A stretch of 64,000 nt of DNA from Thermodesulfobacteriota bacterium (GCA_965203965.1 CBDBDR010000017.1:1088001-1152000), one strand, 5' to 3'. Shown: positions 33,397 through 42,729, numbered from the stretch's first letter. Notes: generated by a model not told the origin, from the sequence alone. Made by a program: numbers and translations.

Positions 33397-34329
33397 AAGC
33401 AAATTTCCGACCCAGAAACAGGAGAGATACTTGCCGAGAGATTTCCCCCGCATCGCTTAAAAACTATCTATCGCACAAACCTACTATCTGCCTATGCTGT
33501 GGGCAGGGAAGCGTCTATTGAGAAAAATAAAAAGCGCCGTCCTTTTGCCCAATTTATCGCACTTCTTGATTCCCGAACCCGTGATGATCACGCTGAGCTT
33601 CACGGCAGTATATTTCCGGTTGATGATCCTTTCTGGAACACTTTTACTCCACCGCTGGATTACAACTGCCGTTGTAACAAACGGACGTTGACCCAAAGAC
33701 AGATAACCAGCAGAGAATGGGAGGTTAGCAGTTCAAAAGGCAAGCTGGTGCGGAGTTCTTTTGATCTTGGCAAATCCGAAAACAACAGAAAAGTAAGCGT
33801 TACCGGATACCGCCTTTCCCCCACCAAAACGGTCTTTCCTCACGCCAGCTTTGGCTTTAATCCCTACAAAGCTACTTATCAGCCTGATTTAAATAAATAT
33901 AAAAACACCGTTGCTTATCAATATGTGCGGGCAACTGTTTTTGGAGAAGGTTTTAAGAGGTTGGTAAGAGGGAGAAGCAATAAAGGTTGGATGCCCGTTG
34001 CGGTTTTAAATCAGGAAATGACCAAACGACTCGGAGCGAAAAACCAAACAATACTCCTATCTGCAGACACCGTCAGGGAGCATGCAAAAAAAATAAACCT
34101 AAAAGATTATCAGTCAATTCAATCTAAAATTGACGACATTTCTGACAACAAACTTGAAAATATCAAGATCATTCCCAATCCTGACAATAGGCAATTACTC
34201 ACTTGGGAAGAGAAAGGTAAGCATCACATGATAGCTCTTAAAATACTGCCAAACGGGGAGAACTTTTTTCTCACCATGGGCAGGGTGCGGAAAGGAAACA
34301 TTAAGAAATACGAAGAGAGAAATAAATGA
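33397..34329 (+). pseudogene. 5'-truncated Mu gpF/MuF head morphogenesis protein with a BECR/PBECR-like C-terminal domain
   Basis: The frame extends upstream of the listed GTG 33499 (DPETGE...HRLKTIYRTNLLSAYAVGR) to a TGA at 33364, with no ATG/GTG/TTG start before 33499. MuF motif DSRTRDDH...HG...DDPFW...PPLDYNCRC is present. Confidence 0.8.
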
Positions 34330-34330
34330 A

Positions 34331-34465
34331 CTGTCGCCTGGTCAGCTCTGTCCGTGCCAGAAGGACTGCCGTTCCCTTCGTCGCCTTATACGGCTTCTGA
34401 AGTAGCCAGGGGTACCCCACTTTTGGATGCAGATTTTGCAGGCACAGATTTTAATTTGTCTTTTG
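34331..34465 (-). ncRNA. putative structured ncRNA convergent with the MuF-PBECR gene
   Basis: Nested stems (CTGTGCCTG/CAGGCGACAG; TCTGCATCC/GGACAGA), internal hairpins, GC-rich in an AT-rich context, upstream promoter. Confidence 0.55.
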
Positions 34466-34471
34466 TTGTCT

Positions 34472-34501
34472 AATATAGCACCTGTGAGAAGTAGTTGTCA
34501 A
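34472..34501 (-). promoter_or_regulatory. sigma70 promoter driving the ncRNA candidate
   Basis: Minus strand TTGACA (34501-34496), 18 nt, TATATT (34477-34472) with extended TG. Confidence 0.65.
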
Positions 34502-34515
34502 ATCTTACAAAACCG

Positions 34516-34971
34516 CTAAATAAAGCCATTATTTACCATCTTTATAAATTCTGCCATATTACAAACGCGGGAGATTTGCCCGTCTTGTTGTTTTTTGATC
34601 CATTTAATAGCCCCTTGTGAGTGTCCCCCGCCGTCAATTACAATAGCTGTAGAAAAACTATAGTTTTGTTTAATGTTAAGAACTAAATACGGCAACTTTT
34701 CCTCTGTTGTTCCTTTTGACTGTTGCCATTTGCACTCTATAATCAGAAAGTTAGGGTGTTTTTCAGGGTGATAAAGTAAAAAGTCAGCTCTTGTGTCTTT
34801 GCCTTCATAAAGGCTCTTTGCTATTGGGAACTGTGCGGTGTAGGTTGGCTGTTCCAAGATACTACCCGCTTCAATTCTGTTTGCTGGAAACCATAGGTAG
34901 TTACAACCTATGATAAGTTGCTCAATTTGATTTTCAAACGCAGCACCCGTTCTATTTGCCTTGTCTCTCAT
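34516..34971 (-). CDS. PD-(D/E)XK nuclease superfamily protein (putative restriction endonuclease)
   Basis: G..FE, RADFLL, IIECKWQQSKGTTEEKLPY; abuts the methylase. Confidence 0.75.
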   Translation of the reverse strand: MRDKANRTGAAFENQIEQLIIGCNYLWFPANRIEAGSILEQPTYTAQFPIAKSLYEGKDTRADFLLYHPEKHPNFLIIECKWQQSKGTTEEKLPYLVLNIKQNYSFSTAIVIDGGGHSQGAIKWIKKQQDGQISRVCNMAEFIKMVNNGFI

Positions 34972-35793
34972 TTAGTAGTTCTTAATTAAAAATTCTGATA
35001 TGTTTTGTCTGCTTTGTGCTTTACAACTCACCCTTCTGGGTGCTTCTACATTTACGATATTAAAGCTCTTGTATAAGCCTTTTATCTCATCTGTGGCAGA
35101 ATTTGAAAGCATGAAATAAACCCCATCTTTGTTCAGTGCCTTGCAAAAATCAGCTAATTCTATGTGTCGGTCTATGGAAAATCCTTTGTCAGAATAACCG
35201 CTATACGTTTTATGGTATGGAGGGTCTAAATAAACAAAGTCATTCTTGTTTGGTTTGCAACTTGTAAAGTCTTCATTTTTAATTGTTGTGGTTTGCAAGA
35301 CCTTATGACATGCCATAATTCCTATGTCATCAAGAATCAGAGGATTTGCATATTTGCCAAAAGGAACGTTAAATTTGCCTTTACTATTTTCTCTATACAG
35401 TCCGTTAAAACAGGTCTTATTCAGATAAATAAACCTTGAAGCAACCTCAACAGGTGAGGTTATAACGTCTTTGTTTCTGACTTTGTAATAGTAGGTTTTG
35501 TTATGATTTTCTTTATGATATTTTAAGCTATCAATCAGTTCTAACGGCTTCTTTTGTATGACTTTATAAGTGATTATAAGGTCTATATTTACATCGCTAA
35601 TAACCGCCTTTTGTGGTTGCAACTTCCAGAACAAAGCCCCACCACCAATAAACGGCTCATAATAGCCTTTATAAAATTCGGGCAAGTTCTGCACTAAAAC
35701 ATTTAGAATGCCCCTTTTTCCTCCCACCCACTTTACAAAGGGACTTATACCGTTTGAGCTGTGATTTGTTTCTTTGAGATCGTTAGGGTTCAC
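34972..35793 (-). CDS. Dam-family (D12 class) DNA adenine methyltransferase
   Basis: KWVGGK, EPFIGGG, FNGLYRENSKGKFNVPFG, YLDPPY, LSNS. Confidence 0.93.
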   Translation of the reverse strand: MNPNDLKETNHSSNGISPFVKWVGGKRGILNVLVQNLPEFYKGYYEPFIGGGALFWKLQPQKAVISDVNIDLIITYKVIQKKPLELIDSLKYHKENHNKTYYYKVRNKDVITSPVEVASRFIYLNKTCFNGLYRENSKGKFNVPFGKYANPLILDDIGIMACHKVLQTTTIKNEDFTSCKPNKNDFVYLDPPYHKTYSGYSDKGFSIDRHIELADFCKALNKDGVYFMLSNSATDEIKGLYKSFNIVNVEAPRRVSCKAQSRQNISEFLIKNY

Positions 35794-35933
35794 TATTCAA
35801 AATTAAGCAACTTTAAGCTATTTGTCAATTCCCCTCTTTAAGCACAACGCATTTGTCTTAAATGGAAATATAGCAAAAAATGCAATAAATACAGTGAGTT
35901 AGCAGTTGCAAATAAGAGTAGATGTTTAAATTA

Positions 35934-35978
35934 TTCCCCTCCCGTGGAGGGGTGGCAGGCAAAGCCTGACGGGGTGGT
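35934..35978 (+). repeat. REP-like double-hairpin element, copy B
   Basis: CCCCTCC-cgt-GGAGGGG, tgg, CAGGC-aaa-GCCTG, ACGGGGTGGT. Confidence 0.7.
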
Positions 35979-35990
35979 TAAAAAAGGTGG

Positions 35991-36326
35991 TTAATCCCCC
36001 TTGCCTTTTTTAAGAAATCTCAAAATGCTCTCCAGCCGTCGCTCCATCGCCTCAAGTCGCAAGTTTACATCTCTTATTTCTTGTTTGATTGCGTCTTTCT
36101 CATCTTTTAAATAAACTTCCTTCTCCTCAAAAAACGCTTCCCGGCGAACATTAAACTTGCCCATGATTTTATCCATTGCGGAAGCAGGTATCATTGCCCT
36201 TCCAGCCTCCCAATTCCCCACGGTTACTCGCGAAACTTCTAAGAGGTCAGCCACGTCTTGTTGCCTTAATCCCAGCTTGACTCTCAACAACTTTAAATTG
36301 TGAAAATTTTTACTTTTTCTTGACAT
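35991..36326 (-). CDS. XRE/Cro-CI family HTH transcriptional regulator
   Basis: LKLLRVKLGLRQQDVADLLEVSRVTVGNWEAG; C-terminal coiled coil. Confidence 0.88.
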   Translation of the reverse strand: MSRKSKNFHNLKLLRVKLGLRQQDVADLLEVSRVTVGNWEAGRAMIPASAMDKIMGKFNVRREAFFEEKEVYLKDEKDAIKQEIRDVNLRLEAMERRLESILRFLKKGKGD

Positions 36327-36488
36327 TGTGCAAAAAATATGAGAAGATGAAAGTTATGAGATTGGCAACAAAAAAAGACACACCGAGACGCCGATCTCAC
36401 ATTTCCAAGGAGAAACGCACACTGACCACGAGCACATATTCTTGCCACTTCATAAGTGTCCCTCTTACAATTAGGTATTAAAAAGACC

Positions 36489-39020
36489 CTAACTACACTT
36501 AGAATAAGCACAAGACCTGCAAGTCATGCAGCCGGATTCAAATGCCAATGCTCGGTCACCACATTCCGGACAAACTTCAGCTATAATATCGGTGGAGATT
36601 GACTTTCTGATGAAAAGATCAGTTTGTTTTACGTAATCTGGAGTTTTTTTTTCCTCGTTAGTATCTTTAACCACAAAGCGCTTTTTCAGCACCGTTGCTA
36701 TGGCATCAGGAATGGACATCACCAATTTTCCCTCAGAGAAAACAGGAGAAGAACCTCCTATTCCTTCCAATTGGTCTACAACATCTTTAACACTTATGCC
36801 GGATCTGAGGGCTAAGGATACCAACCTGCCGGTTGCCTCTGCATCTGCCATTGCGGTGTAACCCGACTTCCCAATCTGCACAAACACCTCAAAAGGTTTA
36901 TCTTCAAATATATTTACAGTTACGTATAGGTTTCCGTAGCCGGTTTTTATAACCTCTGTAAATCCGGTCAAATACTGGGGTCTTTCTACAGGTTTGATCT
37001 CTGGAAGAAGGGTGGGATGAGGGGATGGGGTGAGGTTGGACTGGGTGAGTGACATCCCTTCATCCCGGGATGAAATCCCTTCTGAGGTGTTGGTCAATTC
37101 TCCTTTTGCTTCCTTTATTAATTTTGCTCCTTCTTCCGTCACTAAAATACCTTCTCTGGAACCTTCCCTATAAACCGTTATTCCTTTGCACCCCATTTTC
37201 CATGCAAGGAAATATATCTTTTCAACTTCTTTCAGAGTAATATCAGCGGGAAGATTAACTGTGCTGGAAATGCACGAATCTATGTGCTTCTGAATTGCCG
37301 CCTGCATACGAACCCGCATTAGAGGGTTTATTTCATGCGAAGTAACAAAAGTGTTTGGTAGTTCTGTCTCGTCACAAATGTTAAATTCTTTTATATAATC
37401 TCTAACCAGAGGGTGATAAACTTTGAATTCCTTCTCAGAAAGAGATTCGGAGCGCCTGTAGTAGGAGAGGGCGAACATTGGCTCAACGCCACTTGTTGTT
37501 CCAGCTAGCACAGAACCGCTGCCAACAGGAGGAACTGTTAAGATACAGGCATTTCTCAACCCCTGTTTTTTAATTTTTTCAACTATATCCCCGCTCACCG
37601 AATCCAGAAATGGTCTTGACAAGTGTGTATTCAGATCAAAAGCTGGAAAACTTCCTTTTTCTTGTGCTAGATCAGAACTTGCTTCATAAACAACATTCTT
37701 AATGTGTTCAAACATTTTATCTGTAAACTTAATTGCCTCATAGCTGTCATATTTTATGTTTAATTTGGCAAGCATATCCCCAAAACCCGTAAAACCAACT
37801 CCTATTCTCCGCGAAAGAGTTGAAGCAGTGGTTTGAAACTCTATCGGATGCTTTTCCATGTTGTAGTCGAGTATATCATCAAGAAATCTTACAGAATACT
37901 GAAAAGCCCTCTCAAGATTTTCCCAGTCAATCTTTGCATTCTCTGTAAATTCATCCCTTACAAACAAAGACAGGTTAACGTTTCCAAGACAGCAACACCC
38001 ATAATCTTCAAGTGCTTGCTCGCTACACGGATTTACACCATTAACTTCCATACCTGCATATTCTGTAGGTGAATATTTTTTGACTGCATCCCAGAAAATA
38101 AGACCCGGTTCAGCAGAAGTCCATGCTGATTTAACTAACCTATTCCAAATATCCCTTGCCTTTACTTTTCTACTGACTTTAACTTTCTCGCTTTCAAATT
38201 TAAGCTCAAAATCCGTGTCTCCTTCTACGGCTTTCATAAATTCATCGGTAACCTTTACTGATATATTTGCAAACTGCACTTTGCTCCTTGCTAAATCATT
38301 TTTTATATCAAGAAACTCCATGATATCGGGATGATCCACCCTGATAGTTATCATCAAAGCACCTCGTCTACCCGCTTGTCCTATTGTGCCAGTGGTTGTG
38401 GACAATAAATCCATAAAAGAAACAGCACCTGTGGAATAAATAGCAGAGTTATTGACGGGAGCTCCTTTTGGCCTCAAGATGGAGATGTCCGTTCCCACTC
38501 CACCACCGAAGGAATAGGTTCTTGCCGCTTCCTTGCACCAATCAAAAATACCTTCAATTGAATCTTCTTTAATTGGCATATAATAACAGTTAAGAAGTGT
38601 TGACCGCCTTTTCTGTCCAGCACCAAAAAGAATTCTTCCGCCCGGTATAAATTTGAAATCAGATAGGAGCCAGAAAAATTTCTTCTCCCACTCTTCTTTA
38701 AGCCGACTAGTCTTCTCCGGCGATGATATTTCTCTTGCAATCCTGCTCCAAAGCTCTTCTGGGGTTTTCTCAATAATCTTTCCGGATAAATCTCTGAGGG
38801 CATATTTTTCGTAAAACACACGTGCTCTTAATTCATCCCCATCAAAAGCGTCTACAGTCTCTTGAGGTATATCCATAACACTGTCTGAAAAACCAACTGA
38901 TCCTTCCTGATGCTCTGTATCATTTTCAAGAATCTCCCCAACCTGCTTCTTGAAATCTTCTTGGTCAATCACATCTAAGTCTCTACCATTACTCTGGTTA
39001 GGTTGAATTTTTTCCGACAT
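36489..39020 (-). CDS. nrdJ: adenosylcobalamin-dependent (class II) ribonucleoside-diphosphate reductase with TSCPD domain and C-terminal Zn ribbon
   Basis: LLNCY, GRRGALM, NPCSE, CCLGNVNL, PPVGS, ISSTVNLP, KGITVYREGSR, TG.GNLYVTVN, CPEC...CRSCAYSKC. Confidence 0.93.
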   Translation of the reverse strand: MSEKIQPNQSNGRDLDVIDQEDFKKQVGEILENDTEHQEGSVGFSDSVMDIPQETVDAFDGDELRARVFYEKYALRDLSGKIIEKTPEELWSRIAREISSPEKTSRLKEEWEKKFFWLLSDFKFIPGGRILFGAGQKRRSTLLNCYYMPIKEDSIEGIFDWCKEAARTYSFGGGVGTDISILRPKGAPVNNSAIYSTGAVSFMDLLSTTTGTIGQAGRRGALMITIRVDHPDIMEFLDIKNDLARSKVQFANISVKVTDEFMKAVEGDTDFELKFESEKVKVSRKVKARDIWNRLVKSAWTSAEPGLIFWDAVKKYSPTEYAGMEVNGVNPCSEQALEDYGCCCLGNVNLSLFVRDEFTENAKIDWENLERAFQYSVRFLDDILDYNMEKHPIEFQTTASTLSRRIGVGFTGFGDMLAKLNIKYDSYEAIKFTDKMFEHIKNVVYEASSDLAQEKGSFPAFDLNTHLSRPFLDSVSGDIVEKIKKQGLRNACILTVPPVGSGSVLAGTTSGVEPMFALSYYRRSESLSEKEFKVYHPLVRDYIKEFNICDETELPNTFVTSHEINPLMRVRMQAAIQKHIDSCISSTVNLPADITLKEVEKIYFLAWKMGCKGITVYREGSREGILVTEEGAKLIKEAKGELTNTSEGISSRDEGMSLTQSNLTPSPHPTLLPEIKPVERPQYLTGFTEVIKTGYGNLYVTVNIFEDKPFEVFVQIGKSGYTAMADAEATGRLVSLALRSGISVKDVVDQLEGIGGSSPVFSEGKLVMSIPDAIATVLKKRFVVKDTNEEKKTPDYVKQTDLFIRKSISTDIIAEVCPECGDRALAFESGCMTCRSCAYSKCS

Positions 39021-39041
39021 ACTGTAAAAACTCCTTTGGTA

Positions 39042-39088
39042 TCAAAGATATTGTGTTTAAGTGGGGATTGAACCACAATATATAGTAT
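39042..39088. promoter_or_regulatory. tandem NrdR boxes upstream of nrdJ
   Basis: TCAAAGATATTGTGTT (39042-39057) and CCACAATATATAGTAT (39073-39088) resemble the acaCwAtATaTwGtg consensus and are 31 bp apart. Confidence 0.75.
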
Positions 39089-39185
39089 ATGTCAACTATT
39101 TTTTAATTTAATGCAAAATTAGCTCCACAACAAGATATTATTGATCTTCAGAAATTTCCCTTATTTTTGGTAAAATAGGTAAAAT

Positions 39186-39608
39186 ATGCGTATTTTAGCG
39201 CTTGACATAGGAACGAAGACTATAGGTGTGGCAGTAAGCGATCAACTTAATATATCTTCAAACGGTGTGAAAGGAATAAACAGAAAAAATATCAGCAATG
39301 ATCTGGACGAACTTAAAAAGATAATGGATCAATACAAACCTGTTGAAATAGTTGTAGGACTTCCCTACAGAGAAGATGGCTCGCTTGGCAAAAGAGGAAT
39401 GGACATTAAGAGATTTTCAAAAACAATTGAAAACTGTTTTCAAATTCCCGTCAAATATTTTGATGAAAGCTATTCAACGGTTTTTGCAGAAGAGGCCTTA
39501 ATAAAAGGAGGTGTTAGTAGAAAAGCAAGGAAAAAATTAGTTGATAAAATGGCGGCAGTGATCATTTTACAGGAATATCTTGAGGAGTCAAAGACCAAAA
39601 CATCATAA
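39186..39608 (+). CDS. ruvX: Holliday junction resolvase-like/pre-16S rRNA nuclease YqgF
   Basis: ILALDIGTKTIGVAVSD, VVGLP, DESYST, DKMAAVIILQ. Confidence 0.93.
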   Translation: MRILALDIGTKTIGVAVSDQLNISSNGVKGINRKNISNDLDELKKIMDQYKPVEIVVGLPYREDGSLGKRGMDIKRFSKTIENCFQIPVKYFDESYSTVFAEEALIKGGVSRKARKKLVDKMAAVIILQEYLEESKTKTS

Positions 39609-39655
39609 CAATTCTCTCCGCGTGGTCTAAGCAGGAATGAACACCTGAAAAAATT

Positions 39656-40441
39656 ATGCCATTTGCACAATCAAACGGAATAACGATCCATTATGAAACC
39701 TATGGCGAAGGAGAACCGGTAGTTTTTATATCCGGACTGGGAAGCTCATTTGAAAGTTGGGAAACCCAGATACCTATCTATTCAGAAAGGTTCAAAGTCA
39801 TCGTCTTTGACAACAGGGGTGTTGGAATGTCGGAAATAACCGAGCCTGGATTTAAAATTGAAGACATGGCAGATGATTTGGTCGGATTGCTTGATTATAT
39901 GAAAATTGACTCCGCAAACTTCATTGGTAAATCCATGGGCGGAATGATAGTCCAGAGGATTGGAATTAAATATCCGCAAAGATCCAATAAGCTCGTAATG
40001 GGTTGTAGTTCTGCTTCACGTGATGAAGTGGGAAACCTTCTTCTGGATAATTCAAAAGAAATTGCAACAAATGCCGGAATGAAAGCGGTTTGGATAACAG
40101 CACTATTCGGTGGATACACAAGAGAATATATTGAAAAAAACATTGAAGGCATTAAAGAATCCCTGACGCACACGTCCGAAGATAAAAAAGCACTTAAAGG
40201 ATATTTGGGGCAACTCATGGCATGCAAGGAGCATCATAGCCTGGAGGAAATTAACAGGATAAAATCTGATACTTTGGTCATGTACGGCGAAAAAGATATG
40301 ATTACCTCCCCAAAAAGATCAGTGGAAATTGCCGATAGAATACCAAATTGCAGGCTTGAGTGCTTTAAGGATGTGGGGCATGGATTTTGGAGGGAAAAAC
40401 AGGAAGAAGTGGATAAGTTGGTAATGGAATTTTTGGACTGA
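39656..40441 (+). CDS. alpha/beta hydrolase
   Basis: FDNRGVG.S, GKSMGG, GEKD, VGH. Confidence 0.9.
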   Translation: MPFAQSNGITIHYETYGEGEPVVFISGLGSSFESWETQIPIYSERFKVIVFDNRGVGMSEITEPGFKIEDMADDLVGLLDYMKIDSANFIGKSMGGMIVQRIGIKYPQRSNKLVMGCSSASRDEVGNLLLDNSKEIATNAGMKAVWITALFGGYTREYIEKNIEGIKESLTHTSEDKKALKGYLGQLMACKEHHSLEEINRIKSDTLVMYGEKDMITSPKRSVEIADRIPNCRLECFKDVGHGFWREKQEEVDKLVMEFLD

Positions 40442-40625
40442 CTCAAATTTTTCTTCTTGACAATTGATTACCTCATAAGCCAGTATCCGATCTTGATCGA
40501 AAATTATTTTGCGCACTGAAGTGTATGAGTTCCAAACCCTTGCATTAAGGTTACACTAACAAACCATCTGTAATTGTATTTTTTTACAAACCTTATTAAT
40601 ACAAGCTCTGACATAATTTAACTCT

Positions 40626-42194
40626 ATGAAAAAAAACCAACACAAAAAGATAGAACAATCCACAGACGACCGTAAACCATTTACAAGTCTCAGAGAAGGG
40701 GGTTGGATCCTTTTTGCTTCTATCATGGGCACTGGTATGCCCTTTATTGACAGCACTGGTATCAACGTCATACTTCCAATCCTGCATCAGGAACTTGGCA
40801 CAAAGCTAACTCAGACACAGTGGATAATGGTGAGTTATGCACTCTTTATTTCCTCCCTAATACTATTCGGCGGGGCGTTAAGCGACAAATTTGGAAGAAA
40901 AAAAATATTTATTATAGGACTCATTATATTTACCTTATGCTCTTTATGGTGTGGACTCGCACCTTCCGCAAACAACCTAATTCTGGCAAGAGCTTTTCAG
41001 GGAATCGGCGGAGCATTGTTAATCCCAGCAAGCCTGGCTTTACTAACTGTATCATTTGACAGCAGTTTGAGAAACCGAGCACTTGGTATATGGTCAGGTG
41101 CAGTTGCAACCACGACTGCGCTCGGACCCATACTGGGCGGATGGCTTGTAGAAAATTACTCCTGGAGATATATGTTTTTTATAAACATACCTATTGCATT
41201 AATGATACTTCCCATCCTACTTTGCAAAATTCAGCACGACATTAATCTGAGAAAGGTCAAGCTTGACCTAATTGGTTCTGTATTGGCTTCATGCAGCCTT
41301 GGGTTTTTTGTGTTCGGACTTATAGAATCTCCAAATATTGGTTACTACAACATCAGAACAATAGGCTGTCTGGTAGTAAGTTTGATGCTGGGAACAATCT
41401 TTATTTATTACGAAAAGAGGATTAAAGAACCGCTTGTTCCTATGGAGCTCTTTCGGTCAAAAACATTTACTGGCGCCAACATCATAACGTTTTTGTTCTG
41501 GTCTGCTTGGAACGCTGTGATTTTCTACCTGCCTTTCGGATTTATTCAAATTTACGGATATAGCGCTCTGGATCTGGCCATCTACTTTATTCCGGGATTT
41601 ATAGCACTGCTTATATTTGCCTCACTTTCAGGAGAACTTATAAGGTTATTTGGTGTAAGAATGCTTTTGATTACAGGCTTTTTTACCGTTTCTTCATCTT
41701 TTTACCTGTTTTCTCTACCTGCTATAAATGCAGAATATACAAGTGACTGGCTTCTTGGTATTTTACTCATGGGAACGGGAATAGGAATTTCTAGTTCACC
41801 AATGATCTCAGCTGTGGTCGGGGCACAGGACAAAAAGTATTCTGGACTGGTATTTGGAATTAATAATGCAATTGGCAGGGTTGCAGGTTTGATGGGAATA
41901 GTCATCATGGGACTCGTAGCAATTAACTTATTCAACATTGAACTGGACGCGCGCTTGGTTAATATAGCAATTGACTCAGAAGCACTTGAAATGTTAAAAG
42001 TAGAGAGAATAAAACTGACAGCTGCAACAATTCCCCAATGGCTGGATGCAGAAACCACAAATGCAATCAAGATTGCCTTAAACAGATCATTTCATGCCAC
42101 CTTTGTGTTTATAATGAAAATATGTGCACTCATCTGTATTATCGGCGGAGTGTTGGCATACGCTCTCATAGATGATTCTAAAATCGAGAGTTGA
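40626..42194 (+). CDS. DHA2-family MFS transporter
   Basis: GALSDKFGRKK, ARAFQGIGGALL.P, GPILGGWL. Confidence 0.9.
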   Translation: MKKNQHKKIEQSTDDRKPFTSLREGGWILFASIMGTGMPFIDSTGINVILPILHQELGTKLTQTQWIMVSYALFISSLILFGGALSDKFGRKKIFIIGLIIFTLCSLWCGLAPSANNLILARAFQGIGGALLIPASLALLTVSFDSSLRNRALGIWSGAVATTTALGPILGGWLVENYSWRYMFFINIPIALMILPILLCKIQHDINLRKVKLDLIGSVLASCSLGFFVFGLIESPNIGYYNIRTIGCLVVSLMLGTIFIYYEKRIKEPLVPMELFRSKTFTGANIITFLFWSAWNAVIFYLPFGFIQIYGYSALDLAIYFIPGFIALLIFASLSGELIRLFGVRMLLITGFFTVSSSFYLFSLPAINAEYTSDWLLGILLMGTGIGISSSPMISAVVGAQDKKYSGLVFGINNAIGRVAGLMGIVIMGLVAINLFNIELDARLVNIAIDSEALEMLKVERIKLTAATIPQWLDAETTNAIKIALNRSFHATFVFIMKICALICIIGGVLAYALIDDSKIES

Positions 42195-42269
42195 ATTGAA
42201 AAGAGAGATTTATAATAGCATAATCTATAAGCAAATATGACATGCAATAAAAAAGCATAAGGGGGTACA

Positions 42270-42716
42270 ATGCTGAAGAATTTTTATTATACCGATGACA
42301 ATACCGCAGGGCTTATCGCAAGAATTGCCCTCGGAGTTGTTATCCTTCCCCACGGACTTCAAAAACTACTTGGAATGTTCGGAGGAAGCGGCTTTTCGCA
42401 AACAATTGAATTGTTTGTAAGCAGTGGAATACCTTATTTGTTAGCATTACTTGTAATAATTGGAGAATCGCTGGGAGCCCTGTCGTTAATAGTAGGCTTT
42501 ATGTCAAGATTTTCAGCAGCAGCACTAACTTTGATAATGCTTGGAGCTGTGTTCATGGTGCATTCCAAGCATGGATTTTTTATGAACTGGTTTGGAACCC
42601 AGCAAGGTGAAGGCTTTGAATACCATATTCTGGCAATCGGGCTTGGTTTAGTAGTTACTCTAGTGGGTGCAGGAAAAGCCTCTATTGACCTCCTTATTTC
42701 AAAGCATCACAGATGA
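42270..42716 (+). CDS. DoxX family membrane protein
   Basis: RIALG..ILPHGLQKL.G.FGG, GEGFEYH, GAG..SID. Confidence 0.9.
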   Translation: MLKNFYYTDDNTAGLIARIALGVVILPHGLQKLLGMFGGSGFSQTIELFVSSGIPYLLALLVIIGESLGALSLIVGFMSRFSAAALTLIMLGAVFMVHSKHGFFMNWFGTQQGEGFEYHILAIGLGLVVTLVGAGKASIDLLISKHHR

Positions 42717-42729
42717 AATCAAATCTCTA

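Larger units (their letters stand above)
33200..36470. mobile_element. degenerate phage-derived/defence islet (MuF remnant, ncRNA candidate, nuclease, methylase, XRE)
   Basis: Phage and RM genes between atpC and nrdJ; imperfect inverted GGGACAC(G/T)TA motifs near both ends; no integrase or transposase. Confidence 0.6.

Noticed and set aside
33348..33404. Imperfect inverted repeat at the MuF truncation point
   Set aside because: Needs gaps and is low complexity; cannot be distinguished from chance.
33190..36480. Target-site duplication, att sites or an intact prophage
   Set aside because: The flanks do not match, and there is no tRNA, integrase or other structural gene.
36489..39020. Intein or intron in nrdJ
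   Set aside because: The frame is continuous at ordinary length, and no intein splice motifs were seen.
40319..40560. Minus-strand ORF MRKIIFDQDRILAYEV... as a gene remnant
   Set aside because: No recognisable family, and it overlaps the hydrolase 3' end.
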